From Eubacteriales bacterium (GTDB lineage Bacteria > Bacillota > Clostridia > Oscillospirales > CAG-272): a stretch of DNA of 64,000 nt. The position numbers and the translations under genes were made by a program. This document shows positions 51,486 to 60,886 of this stretch, piece after piece. The notes beneath the pieces are model-generated. The model was given only the letters and a program-made list of their open reading frames with translations, made no database searches and had not been told where the DNA came from. The DNA is taken from the NCBI GenBank assembly GCA_045632145.1, contig JAZQWB010000011.1, positions 4,026 through 68,025 on the forward strand, given 5' to 3'. The first letter of the stretch is position 1, and every line of letters starts with the position of its first letter.

Positions 51486-53429
51486 ATGGCAAAAATTATT
51501 TTTGCAACAGGAGAAATTTACGAGGGTGAGGCTGTTTCTGTTTATGAGGCGGCAAAGGCTACCTTCGGCAGCGTTTCTCGTGAGGTACTTGCTGCGCTTG
51601 TAAATGGCGAGAGCAAGGAGCTTTCTACCGTTATTGACGGTGAGGCTGAGGTTAAGCTTCTCACCTTCAAGGACAAGGAGGGCAAGGAGGTATTCCGTCA
51701 TACTGCGGCACACGTTATGGCGCAGGCGGTTAAGCGTCTTTACCCCAACACAAAGCAGACTATCGGTCCTGCTACCGAGACAGGTTATTTCCAGGACTTT
51801 GATGCAGAGATTTCCTTCACTCCTGAAATCCTTACTAAAATCGAGGCAGAGATGAAGAAGATCGTTAAGGAAAACCTCCTTATCGAGAGAAAGGTTCTTT
51901 CCAAGAGCGAGGCTATCGAGCTTATGAAGAGCCTTGACGAGCCCTACAAGGTTGAAAGAATTGAGGAGCTCCCCGAGGATGCAGAGATTTCTATCTACAC
52001 CCAGGGCGAGTACACCGACCTTTGTGCAGGTCCTCACCTTCACTCCACAGGCGCTATTAAGGCATTCAAGCTTACACAGTGCACAGGTGCGTACTACAAG
52101 GGCGACCAGAACAACAAGATGCTCCAGAGAGTTTACGGTATTGCCTTCCCCTCCAAGGATGAGATGAACGCATATATTCAGCAGCAGGAGGAGGCTCTTA
52201 AGCGCGACCACAACAAGATCGGCCGTGAGCTTGAGTACTTCACCACCGTTGACGTTATCGGTCAGGGTCTTCCTATTCTTCTCCCCAAGGGTGCAAGAAC
52301 CGTACAGAGACTTCAGAGATGGGTTGAGGACGTTGAAGAAAAGAACGGCTACCTTCTCACCAAGACCCCCCTTATGGCAAAGAGAGAGCTTTACAAGATC
52401 TCCGGCCACTGGGATCACTACCGTGACGGTATGTTCATCATGGGCGATCCCGATGATGAAACCAAGGAATGCTTTGCAATGCGTCCTATGACCTGTCCCT
52501 TCCAGTACCAGGTATTCCTTAACAAGAAGCGCTCCTACAGAGAGCTTCCTATGCGTCTTGGCGAAACCTCTACCCTCTTTAGAAACGAGGACAGCGGCGA
52601 GATGCACGGTCTTATTAGAGTAAGACAGTTCACTATTTCCGAGGGTCACCTTATCCTTCGTCCCGAGCAACTTGCAGAGGAGTTCAAGGGTTGTCTTACC
52701 CTCGCAAAGTATATGCTTGAATCTCTTGGTCTTTGGGAGGACTGTTCCTTCAGATTCTCTCAGTGGGATCCCAAGAGAACCGACAAGTACGAGGGTACTC
52801 CCGAGCAGTGGAACGAGGCGCAGACCATAATGGGTGAGCTTCTTGACACCTATCTTGGCCGTGAGAACTACGTTATCGGTATTGACGAGGCTGCATTCTA
52901 CGGTCCCAAGCTTGACATCCAGATCAAGAACGTATTTGGTAAGGAAGATACCATCGTTACCATTCAGGTTGATATGCTTCTTGCAAAGAAGTTTGGCATG
53001 GAGTACGTTGACCGTGACAACACCATGAAGACCCCCTACATCATTCACAGAACCTCTCTTGGATGCTACGAGAGAACTCTTGCGCTTATCCTTGAGAAGT
53101 ACGCAGGTGCTCTTCCCGTTTGGCTTGCTCCCACTCAGGTTACCGTTATCCCCGTAGTTGCAGACTTTGCTGACTATGCGGCTGAGGTTACCAAGAAGAT
53201 GCAGGCTGTAGGTATCCGTGCAGAGCTTGACGACAGAAACGAAAAGCTCGGCTACCGTATCCGTGAGGCACAGCTCTCCAAGGTTCCCTATATGATCGTT
53301 GTTGGTGAGGACGAGATGAACTCCGGCAGCGTTACCGTTAGAGCAAGAACCGAGGGTGAGGGCGGCAAGTTCTCTGTTGATGAGTTTATTGCCAAGGTAG
53401 TAAACGAGATCGAAACTAAGAAGCACTAA
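51486..53429 (+). CDS. thrS: Threonine--tRNA ligase
   Basis: RHTAAHVMAQA, DLCAGPH, RPMTCP, FRNE.SG..HGLIRVRQFT, AAFYGPKLD, IIHR. Confidence 0.97.
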   Translation: MAKIIFATGEIYEGEAVSVYEAAKATFGSVSREVLAALVNGESKELSTVIDGEAEVKLLTFKDKEGKEVFRHTAAHVMAQAVKRLYPNTKQTIGPATETGYFQDFDAEISFTPEILTKIEAEMKKIVKENLLIERKVLSKSEAIELMKSLDEPYKVERIEELPEDAEISIYTQGEYTDLCAGPHLHSTGAIKAFKLTQCTGAYYKGDQNNKMLQRVYGIAFPSKDEMNAYIQQQEEALKRDHNKIGRELEYFTTVDVIGQGLPILLPKGARTVQRLQRWVEDVEEKNGYLLTKTPLMAKRELYKISGHWDHYRDGMFIMGDPDDETKECFAMRPMTCPFQYQVFLNKKRSYRELPMRLGETSTLFRNEDSGEMHGLIRVRQFTISEGHLILRPEQLAEEFKGCLTLAKYMLESLGLWEDCSFRFSQWDPKRTDKYEGTPEQWNEAQTIMGELLDTYLGRENYVIGIDEAAFYGPKLDIQIKNVFGKEDTIVTIQVDMLLAKKFGMEYVDRDNTMKTPYIIHRTSLGCYERTLALILEKYAGALPVWLAPTQVTVIPVVADFADYAAEVTKKMQAVGIRAELDDRNEKLGYRIREAQLSKVPYMIVVGEDEMNSGSVTVRARTEGEGGKFSVDEFIAKVVNEIETKKH

Positions 53430-54289
53430 TGATTTACACTATAAAAAATGATAAGCTTACCGCCACGGTAAGCAGCAAGGGCGCCGAGCTGATTTCGGTT
53501 AACGGTGCAGGCAGGGAATTTATCTGGCAGGCATACAAGAGCTATTGGGGCAGACATGCTCCCATACTCTTCCCTGTCTGCGGCAGACTTTTAGGCTCGG
53601 AATATACCCTCGGTGGCGTAAGCTACAAGATGGGATCTCACGGCTTTGCACGTGATATGGAGTTTGAGCTTAAGGAATGTGGCGAGGATCATCTGCTCCT
53701 CGTGCTCAAGAATAACGAGAGCACTGCCCGAGTTTATCCCTTTGATTTTACACTTTCCGTAAGATATTCTCTCTGCGGTGCGTCCTTGACTATGGATATT
53801 GAGGTCAAGAATGACAGCGACAAGCTGATGCCTTATATGATAGGCTGGCATCCCGGATTCTGCATCGAGGGACTTATCGATGATTACTCTATCCAGGTGA
53901 AGAACGGTGAGATGGTTAAGCGCAACTATATGAAGCCCAGTCTTTTCATCGAGCCCGAGGCGATTGATTATCCTCTTTATGACGGCATATTCAAGCTTAC
54001 CGAAAAGGAAATTTACGGTGAGGATACACTTATATTCAGCAACATTGGTGGTGAGAGCAATCTTTTGCACAAGGGCGAGACTGTGCTCACAATCAAGCAG
54101 AGCGACAATCTTCCCTACTACGCAATCTGGAAGGCTCCTCACTCGGGTGCTGAGTACATCTGCCTTGAGCCCTGGTCGGACATTCCTGCTGACGGAGTTA
54201 CTCCCGAGTGCTTTGACACACGCAAGATGTCCCGTCTTGAAGGCGGCAAAGCAGAAAGCTACCTGTTTACCGTTGAATTTGCGATTTAA
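53429..54289 (+). CDS. Aldose 1-epimerase family protein (LacX-like)
   Basis: GAELIS, WGRHAPILFP, HGFARD, GWHPGF, ICLEPW. Confidence 0.9.
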   Translation: MIYTIKNDKLTATVSSKGAELISVNGAGREFIWQAYKSYWGRHAPILFPVCGRLLGSEYTLGGVSYKMGSHGFARDMEFELKECGEDHLLLVLKNNESTARVYPFDFTLSVRYSLCGASLTMDIEVKNDSDKLMPYMIGWHPGFCIEGLIDDYSIQVKNGEMVKRNYMKPSLFIEPEAIDYPLYDGIFKLTEKEIYGEDTLIFSNIGGESNLLHKGETVLTIKQSDNLPYYAIWKAPHSGAEYICLEPWSDIPADGVTPECFDTRKMSRLEGGKAESYLFTVEFAI

Positions 54290-54302
54290 TAGGTAACACG
54301 CT

Positions 54303-54506
54303 ATGGATTTCTCAAAATACGGATATAAGCACAAGGCAAACTGCGAGAGCTGTGAGTTTTACGAGTATGACGAATACACCGATACTTACGGCTGTAATCT
54401 CAGTCTTGACGAGGACGATATGGGCGATTTCCTCGGTGGAGCAACCAAGGAATGTCCATATTACAGATACTACGACGAATATAAGAGCGTACACAAGCAG
54501 ATATAA
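54303..54506 (+). CDS. Small Cys-rich hypothetical protein (DUF6472-like)
   Basis: NCESCEFYEYDE...C...LDEDD...CPYY..YDEYK.V.KQ. Confidence 0.8.
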   Translation: MDFSKYGYKHKANCESCEFYEYDEYTDTYGCNLSLDEDDMGDFLGGATKECPYYRYYDEYKSVHKQI

Positions 54507-54634
54507 AAAAAGACGGAGCATAGGGTGATATCCTTAGCGGAGAATTTATAAATAATTTGTTTATACGGCTTGAAAAAAATAAGAAATTATGATAAAATTA
54601 TTATATATAATACAATCAACAATTGGAGAGGATT

Positions 54635-55522
54635 ATGAATTGCGATTTTGAACTATTTATAAAAAATATAAATGATTTATCTAAAAACAACACTTTTTCT
54701 GTCGCAACCAATCTGTTGACGCAGCAGGTTAGTAAATTAACAAAAGAAAGTCTTATAAATATCGTTCGAGAAATCGGAACTATTCCAGAATCAATTGAGG
54801 CAAGCTCAACAGAAGAAAAACTATACTCTAAAGCATCTGATGTAATATTAGCAAGATGTTTCGTTGAATTGGGGCTAAAATCTAAAGCGGTATCAGAAAG
54901 AGGCAACAGTGCTGATATAATTGCGGAAAGCATGCACGGATATACTTTGGTAGCTGATGCTAAAACATTTAGAATGAGCCGTACCGCAAAAAATCAAAAG
55001 GATTTCAAGATATCCACTTTGAGCAATTGGCGCGGTATGGAGCACGATTTTGCTTTGTTGATATCTCCGTATTTCCAATATCCAAGCACCAACAGTCAAA
55101 TATATTCGTCAAGTCTGGATAATAGCGTATGTTTGTTGTCTTGGGAACATGTTCTTTTCCTCTTGGTAAATAACATCGTTGAGAACGATTCTCTCAGTTT
55201 GGAACAAATATGGAACGCTCCAAAAAGAATTGAAAGAGATAGCAAAATTGCGTATGCTGATAGACAGAATTGTTTGTTCCCTTACATCAATAGGTTTGTT
55301 TGTGATAGAATTTCAAAGAAAATAGAGGATTTTGAAAAATTATTGCAATCCTGCAAAATAGATATTGCTAAACGTGGTGATTGTGAAATACAACATATTG
55401 ACGCCGAAATAAACATAATAAAAGGATTTTCGAGAGAAAAAGCAGTTTCGGAACTGATTAAATCAAGGAAATTAGAAGAACGCATTTCATCAATCAAATC
55501 GTTTATTAAATCGTTAGAGTGA
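54635..55522 (+). CDS. Type II restriction endonuclease, HindIII family
   Basis: [59 protein letters not shown]: HindIII-family motifs; ATG 54635 after GGAGAGG. Confidence 0.9.
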   Translation: MNCDFELFIKNINDLSKNNTFSVATNLLTQQVSKLTKESLINIVREIGTIPESIEASSTEEKLYSKASDVILARCFVELGLKSKAVSERGNSADIIAESMHGYTLVADAKTFRMSRTAKNQKDFKISTLSNWRGMEHDFALLISPYFQYPSTNSQIYSSSLDNSVCLLSWEHVLFLLVNNIVENDSLSLEQIWNAPKRIERDSKIAYADRQNCLFPYINRFVCDRISKKIEDFEKLLQSCKIDIAKRGDCEIQHIDAEINIIKGFSREKAVSELIKSRKLEERISSIKSFIKSLE

Positions 55523-55530
55523 GGTGCGGA

Positions 55531-56421
55531 ATGAACAAAATAATATGTGGAGATTCTCGTCAAGAATTAAAAAACATCAATAGTAACTCTGTTCATTTAA
55601 TTGTGTCGGACATTCCGTACGGCATATCCTACGATGAATGGGACATTATTCATAGTAATACAAACTCAGCACTTTTGGGGAAAAGCCCCGCACAAGAACA
55701 ATCCTCAGTGTTTAGCAAACGAGGAAAACCCCTTAATGGTTGGTCTGAAGCAGACAAAAAAATTCCGTTGGAATATTATCAATGGTGTTTATCTTGGACA
55801 CCTGAGTGCTTTAGAATTCTGAAACCCGGTGCCAGTTGTTTTATTTTTGCCGGAAGAAGATATGCTCACCGTTGTATTTCTGCATTTGAGGATGCTGGTT
55901 TTATTTTCAAGGATATGATTTCTTGGCAAAAAGATTCGGCAGCACATAGGGCGCAGAATGTGTCTGTTGTTTTTGACAAACGCGGAGATACAGAGAATGC
56001 AAAGACTTGGAGTGGTTGGAAGCTTGGAAATCTGCGTCCGTTGTTTGAGCCGATTTTGTGGTTTATGAAGCCTTACGAAATTGGCACGACATTGACGGAT
56101 AATATAAAAGAGCATAATGTTGGTGCTTATAACGAGCAGTATATTAAAGACAACCATCTAAATAATACAGGTATTGAAGTTTGTTCAAACATCATTAAAT
56201 GTAAATCCAAAAGAACAGATAGAGGCTTGCATCCAACCCAAAAGCCCGTGGCATTGATGGAGTATTTGATTGGCATATCTACCATTGAAGGGCAAACTGT
56301 ATTAGATCCTTTTTGTGGATGTGGAACTACATTAGTTGCGGCTAAAAATTTAGGTAGAAATTATATCGGCATAGAAAAAGAAAGAGAATATTACGATATA
56401 ATTACAAAAAGACTCTTATAA
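55531..56421 (+). CDS. Amino-DNA methyltransferase (beta class), M.HindIII-like
   Basis: SDIPYG before HPTQKP and DPFCGCG; [13 protein letters not shown] and [13 protein letters not shown] resemble M.HindIII. Confidence 0.92.
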   Translation: MNKIICGDSRQELKNINSNSVHLIVSDIPYGISYDEWDIIHSNTNSALLGKSPAQEQSSVFSKRGKPLNGWSEADKKIPLEYYQWCLSWTPECFRILKPGASCFIFAGRRYAHRCISAFEDAGFIFKDMISWQKDSAAHRAQNVSVVFDKRGDTENAKTWSGWKLGNLRPLFEPILWFMKPYEIGTTLTDNIKEHNVGAYNEQYIKDNHLNNTGIEVCSNIIKCKSKRTDRGLHPTQKPVALMEYLIGISTIEGQTVLDPFCGCGTTLVAAKNLGRNYIGIEKEREYYDIITKRLL

Positions 56422-56514
56422 AATATTTGATATTACACTTCAAGAAAGGACAAAGTGCGAGCATCGCATTTGACCAGTCAAATGCACAATGGGCATAGCC
56501 CAAACCCATATAGC

Positions 56515-56546
56515 AAAAGACAGACAGCCGAAACTGTCTGTCTTTT
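56515..56546. terminator. Bidirectional terminator
   Basis: AAAAGACAGACAG-CCGAAA-CTGTCTGTCTTTT between convergent genes. Confidence 0.8.
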
Positions 56547-56590
56547 CTCCGTTAAGAGCATCACGCTATCTCGCTCCGTCTTTTTACTTT

Positions 56591-57772
56591 TTAATACATA
56601 CAAAGGAACAACCAGGCATTTTCTGCCACGATGTCATATCCGCCGAAGAGATAGTTTACTGTTCCCTCGGTCCACCAGCCGCTCTGCTGACCGTGAAGCT
56701 TAATGCACTCGGCAAGCTCGGTGGTAAGAGGAACAACACCGTAGGTGCTGTCACAATACTCCATATAGGCCTCAATCATAAGATTGTAGCTAAGCTTTGC
56801 TACAAACTCACCGTTCTCGTCATATACGTAGCCACCGATGTTGCCACCGATGTTGTTATCAACATATCCTGCAAGATAAGCAAGGGATGCACCGGGAAGA
56901 TAGGTTTCGGATGTGCCCTTGATCTTAATGTAAACAGGCTTACCGTCACTTGTATAATAGAAGCCATCCTGCTCTACGACAGAAAGGGTGCTGTCGGTGA
57001 TATCAAAATCGCGGAGTGTAGTACCCTCGGGAATAACGCAAGCATCAATATCCGCCTGCTTATATACACTATCCCAGGGGGCGTACTCGGGATCAAAGGG
57101 AGCGTCTGCAACACGCTCAATCTTGAAGCTTACGTCGGAAGATACAGAGGACAAAACACCAATTACATAGGGGGTAGAGGTATCCTGGATAATAAGCTCA
57201 AAGCTCTTTTCGTCGTAGGCACCGTCACCAACGTGATCACGCTGAACAAACATAGGGCCACCGTAGTAGCCTATTTCAGCATAAGCACCGTCACTAATGG
57301 AGAATTTATAAACACCTGTAGTGAGAGCGCTGAAAACGTAGTAGATTCTTTCATTCTCATCGCAGTAGATTGTATAATCGCCTGTGCCGATAAAGGTTGC
57401 ATAGCCACCGGGAGCAATATTATCACCGTAAATATCGGTGCTCTTGGTTTCGTCACGAAGCACGATCTTAAGAGATGTCAAGGTCTTAGTAAGCTGATAC
57501 TCACTCTGGGTGATAATGGCATCGCTGAAGCCCTTTTCAAGTATGATCTTATAATCACCAAGAGCAACCTCCTTGAGAGAAACAGTACCGTCTTTTCCTG
57601 TTACTCTGGTAATAGTTTCATCATCTGGAGTCTCGATTTTAACAATAACGTTAGACATAGGATTACCAAGGCCGTCTACGATAATTACGGTATAATCACC
57701 GGTAGTATTGCATGCTGTAAGAGTTATTACAAGTGTAAAAATGATCAGCAAGGCTGCAATTATTTTTTTCAT
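56591..57772 (-). CDS. Lipoprotein with prealbumin/Cna-B-like N-domain and an unknown C-terminal domain shared with the upstream gene
   Basis: Lipobox LTAC; VDGLGNPMSNV...TGKDG; C-terminus DGFYY..PVYI...YGVVPLTTEL...ENAWLFLCMY. Confidence 0.8.
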   Translation of the reverse strand: MKKIIAALLIIFTLVITLTACNTTGDYTVIIVDGLGNPMSNVIVKIETPDDETITRVTGKDGTVSLKEVALGDYKIILEKGFSDAIITQSEYQLTKTLTSLKIVLRDETKSTDIYGDNIAPGGYATFIGTGDYTIYCDENERIYYVFSALTTGVYKFSISDGAYAEIGYYGGPMFVQRDHVGDGAYDEKSFELIIQDTSTPYVIGVLSSVSSDVSFKIERVADAPFDPEYAPWDSVYKQADIDACVIPEGTTLRDFDITDSTLSVVEQDGFYYTSDGKPVYIKIKGTSETYLPGASLAYLAGYVDNNIGGNIGGYVYDENGEFVAKLSYNLMIEAYMEYCDSTYGVVPLTTELAECIKLHGQQSGWWTEGTVNYLFGGYDIVAENAWLFLCMY

Positions 57773-57819
57773 TTTTTCTCTCCTGAAAGGCCTGAAAAAG
57801 CCTTTAAATGTAAAGTTTA

Positions 57820-57856
57820 AGATGCATTCGGCGACCTTTCGGCACCGAATGCATCT
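57820..57856 (-). other. Intergenic stem-loop between the two lipoprotein genes
   Basis: AGATGCATTCGG...CCGAATGCATCT 12-bp stem. Confidence 0.65.
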
Positions 57857-57890
57857 GTTTTATTGCCACATTCGGCAAATGAAATTTGGA

Positions 57891-60635
57891 TTATTTAGGG
57901 CTAGATGCGCTGAAGTACTGATGATAGTAGCAAAGCTTTGTCCAGGAGTTTTCAATTCCGGAGAAGCTGTACTTATCAACAAGCTTCTGAAGGAGCTCGG
58001 CAACCTCTGCGGTTACGATAACGCATCCGATTCTCTCGTCGTTTGCGTCAATGGTTTCGCCAAGAGTCGCATTGTAGCCTGCTACGATACGGTTGTTATA
58101 AAGCTTTCTTGCAACCTCGGTCAAATCCTCACCTGCAACGGTTTCACCGTCCTCGTTTACACGGAAGTCAAAGCCACCCTTTTCAATCATCTCCTCAATG
58201 CTCCAACCGGGGAACAAGGGAGTTGCCTTAGTAAAGTCAGCATAAAGAAGAGAGCCCTGTCTGTTGTCTGTACGCTTCTCGCGCCAATATCCGTCGCTGC
58301 CGAGAACAACATCAATACCGCCTGCGATAGTCTCGGTAAGACCACCGTCGGGAGCAAGAAGTGCGCTGAAGTAACCGGGAGATGCAATGCTGAATCTGTA
58401 GTAGCCCTCACCGCCGAGACGCTCTACTCTATAGCTAATAGTTCCTTCGCCGTAAACGTCGAAGAATGCGATGTCGATGTAGTAATCCTTACCTGCCTCA
58501 AGATATGCAATCATGTAAACGTTGTTACGGTCAACATCATTCATTCTGTCTACGTTCTCGTAAGTGAGCCAAGCTGTTCTCTCACCAAAGCTACCCTTTG
58601 TGAAGATCCAACCGTTACAGGACTCACCTGTAGAGGATGTAGAGCTGATAAGATAGGTACCGGACTGAGTAGGAGTAAATTTGCCGAGAAGACCTCTGGG
58701 CATAATAATTCTGTCGTAAGTGAAGCTGTTGGGATAATCGGTGCTACCCTTATTGCTAAGCTTTACGTCATAAGCCGAGAAGAGTGCGAGACCCTTGATG
58801 GGGTCCTCAAGCTGCTTGCCGTTGGTGCCGTAAGCATCGTAGTAGCAGCAGATTCTCTGCCAATCATTCTCGTTTGTCTGGTCACCGAAGTAGTAAACGA
58901 TCTTGTCAAGGACTGCCATAAGCTCGTCGGTTACAGGAGCAACGCCGTAAACGGATGCGTTAGACGCATAGTTACAATACTCGATAAGCTTGCTGTACTC
59001 CTCAGCAGTTATACGACCGTCCTCATAAAGCTCTACAGCCATATAGTAAACGGTAGTCTCATCCGAGAATCTGGTATAACCCATAAGGTTTGCAAGAAGG
59101 ATAGGTCCTGTTGCACTGTTAACGTGGTAATAACCGTCGGAGCCAAGCACAGGAGTAACGTAATCCTGATACTCGCTGAACTCGCTAAGGTTAGTTGCTG
59201 CATAACGGAAGATGTAAGTGGGAGAGTCAATATCAGACTGGCTTACGATACGGAGATTCTTAAGATATACGGTATCCTGACCAACGTTATCGCTGGAATC
59301 CTTTGTATATACGAAGCCAACCTCGTAGGTGCCTGTCTCCTCTGCAACGTAGCAATAGCAAGTTGCCCAATCGGTGCTCTCACCCGAGATGGAGTAAATA
59401 TCCTTGCCGTCAACAACAACGTACATAATGTCAGCGCCAAGCTCGGTGGAGGAGAAGTAATCAAAGGCAAGAACATCGCCCGCTTTAAGGTCTACGTTAA
59501 AGATAAGCTGTGCATAAGAGCCCTCCTTGAATGCGTTGGAGGTCTTGATTACGTCATGGGTAACACCGTTAATCTCTGCCTGATCAATAACGAAGGGCCA
59601 AGAGTATTCCTTTTCCTCATCGCTTGCACTATCAGGATAAGGAAGGTAGGTAATATCACCAAGCTCGCCTTTTTCAAATACGTCTGCGATATCCTCGGAG
59701 GAGGGCATCTCAACATTGGGCTTTTCCTTGGGAACGATTTCGTTATAATCATAAACAATCTGCTGCTTGTAATCTTCCTTAGTAAAGAAATCGAAAATTA
59801 CGTCAAATACTCTCTCGCTGGTAATAGCACCTGCGTGAAGAAGAGTAACAACGCCATATCTGTCGATGATAGCAGAGGTGGGATAACCCTCAACATTAAA
59901 TGCAGAGAAAAGACCGATATCATCCAGGGCTACGTCGAAAGTAAGACCGTAGGAGTTCTGGAAATTGGTAATATCAACGAGAGTATCCTGATTGATAGAG
60001 GGAGGATCAAGTGCGATAATCGCAAGATCGTCCTGATACTTCTCGTATGCCTTCTGCATAAGGGGGAACTCGGTAATACACCAAGAGCACTCTGTATACC
60101 AGAAGTTGATAAGCACTGCCTTCTTCTCCTTGAGAACCTCAGAGAGAGTAAAGGTCTTACCACTTGTAGTAGTTACGGTAAAGTCATGCATAACAGAACC
60201 CGCGGTATAGCTTACACCACTAAGGCTCTTATCAGAAATAACAGAGGACTTAACCTTGATTTCCATATCATTAGATGTGAGAGGATAATATTCCTGCTCG
60301 TTATATCCCTCGGGAAGGCTGATGTCTACAGCATAGCTGCCATTCTCGGGGAGCTTTACGGTTGTCTTACCGTTCTTGTCGGTTGCGGCAATCTCGAGGA
60401 TGCTGTCACCGGGCTTACCGTCCTTGTACTCTACAAAGTAAACGGGTACTCCTTCTAATGCCATGCCGCCCTCGGTAACAATGGTAAGGCTGTAATCAAC
60501 CTTCTTACCCTTATTACCCTTTCCACCGTCATCTTTCTCGTCGTCACCGCCGCAGGATGCGAGAGAAACCATCATTGTGGAAAGCAACATAATCATGGCT
60601 AAAAGGGCTGCCAAAATTCTGTTTCTTCTATTCAT
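57891..60635 (-). CDS. Large lipoprotein with TlpA/redoxin-like thioredoxin domain and two copies of an unknown domain
   Basis: Lipobox LASC; DFTVTTTSGKTFTLS...VLINFWYTECSWCITEFP...GYPTSAIIDRYG. Confidence 0.85.
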   Translation of the reverse strand: MNRRNRILAALLAMIMLLSTMMVSLASCGGDDEKDDGGKGNKGKKVDYSLTIVTEGGMALEGVPVYFVEYKDGKPGDSILEIAATDKNGKTTVKLPENGSYAVDISLPEGYNEQEYYPLTSNDMEIKVKSSVISDKSLSGVSYTAGSVMHDFTVTTTSGKTFTLSEVLKEKKAVLINFWYTECSWCITEFPLMQKAYEKYQDDLAIIALDPPSINQDTLVDITNFQNSYGLTFDVALDDIGLFSAFNVEGYPTSAIIDRYGVVTLLHAGAITSERVFDVIFDFFTKEDYKQQIVYDYNEIVPKEKPNVEMPSSEDIADVFEKGELGDITYLPYPDSASDEEKEYSWPFVIDQAEINGVTHDVIKTSNAFKEGSYAQLIFNVDLKAGDVLAFDYFSSTELGADIMYVVVDGKDIYSISGESTDWATCYCYVAEETGTYEVGFVYTKDSSDNVGQDTVYLKNLRIVSQSDIDSPTYIFRYAATNLSEFSEYQDYVTPVLGSDGYYHVNSATGPILLANLMGYTRFSDETTVYYMAVELYEDGRITAEEYSKLIEYCNYASNASVYGVAPVTDELMAVLDKIVYYFGDQTNENDWQRICCYYDAYGTNGKQLEDPIKGLALFSAYDVKLSNKGSTDYPNSFTYDRIIMPRGLLGKFTPTQSGTYLISSTSSTGESCNGWIFTKGSFGERTAWLTYENVDRMNDVDRNNVYMIAYLEAGKDYYIDIAFFDVYGEGTISYRVERLGGEGYYRFSIASPGYFSALLAPDGGLTETIAGGIDVVLGSDGYWREKRTDNRQGSLLYADFTKATPLFPGWSIEEMIEKGGFDFRVNEDGETVAGEDLTEVARKLYNNRIVAGYNATLGETIDANDERIGCVIVTAEVAELLQKLVDKYSFSGIENSWTKLCYYHQYFSASSPK

Positions 60636-60886
60636 TTTTTTCTCCTTTTGTTAATAACGCAAAAAACGCGACATTATACGTTTATATCATATCACGTATT
60701 GAATAAAAAATCAATAGCAAATATAAATTTTCTTACACAACAAGTAGGTATGTAAAATAATCCGACAAAATTATTTAAAATCTATTGATTTTACAGTTTA
60801 AATATGATAAAATGATTAGTGCGCGTTTAATAATTATATATATTTAATTATTATGTGTTGCAAAACAGTCAGAAAGGCAAGAAAAA

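Larger units (their letters stand above)
54506..56585. mobile_element. Candidate non-autonomous R-M cassette bounded by ~40-bp imperfect inverted repeats
   Basis: Left arm AAAAAGACGGAGCATAGGGTGATATCCTTAGCGGAGAA (54507..54544) vs reverse complement of right arm 56545..56585 AAAAAGACGGAGCGAGATAGCGTGATGCTCTTAACGGAGAA; AT-rich interior; no recombinase. Confidence 0.6.

Noticed and set aside
32426-53426. Long antisense ORFs over metG, pur genes, fhs, guaB and thrS
   Set aside because: Shadows of unambiguous housekeeping genes.
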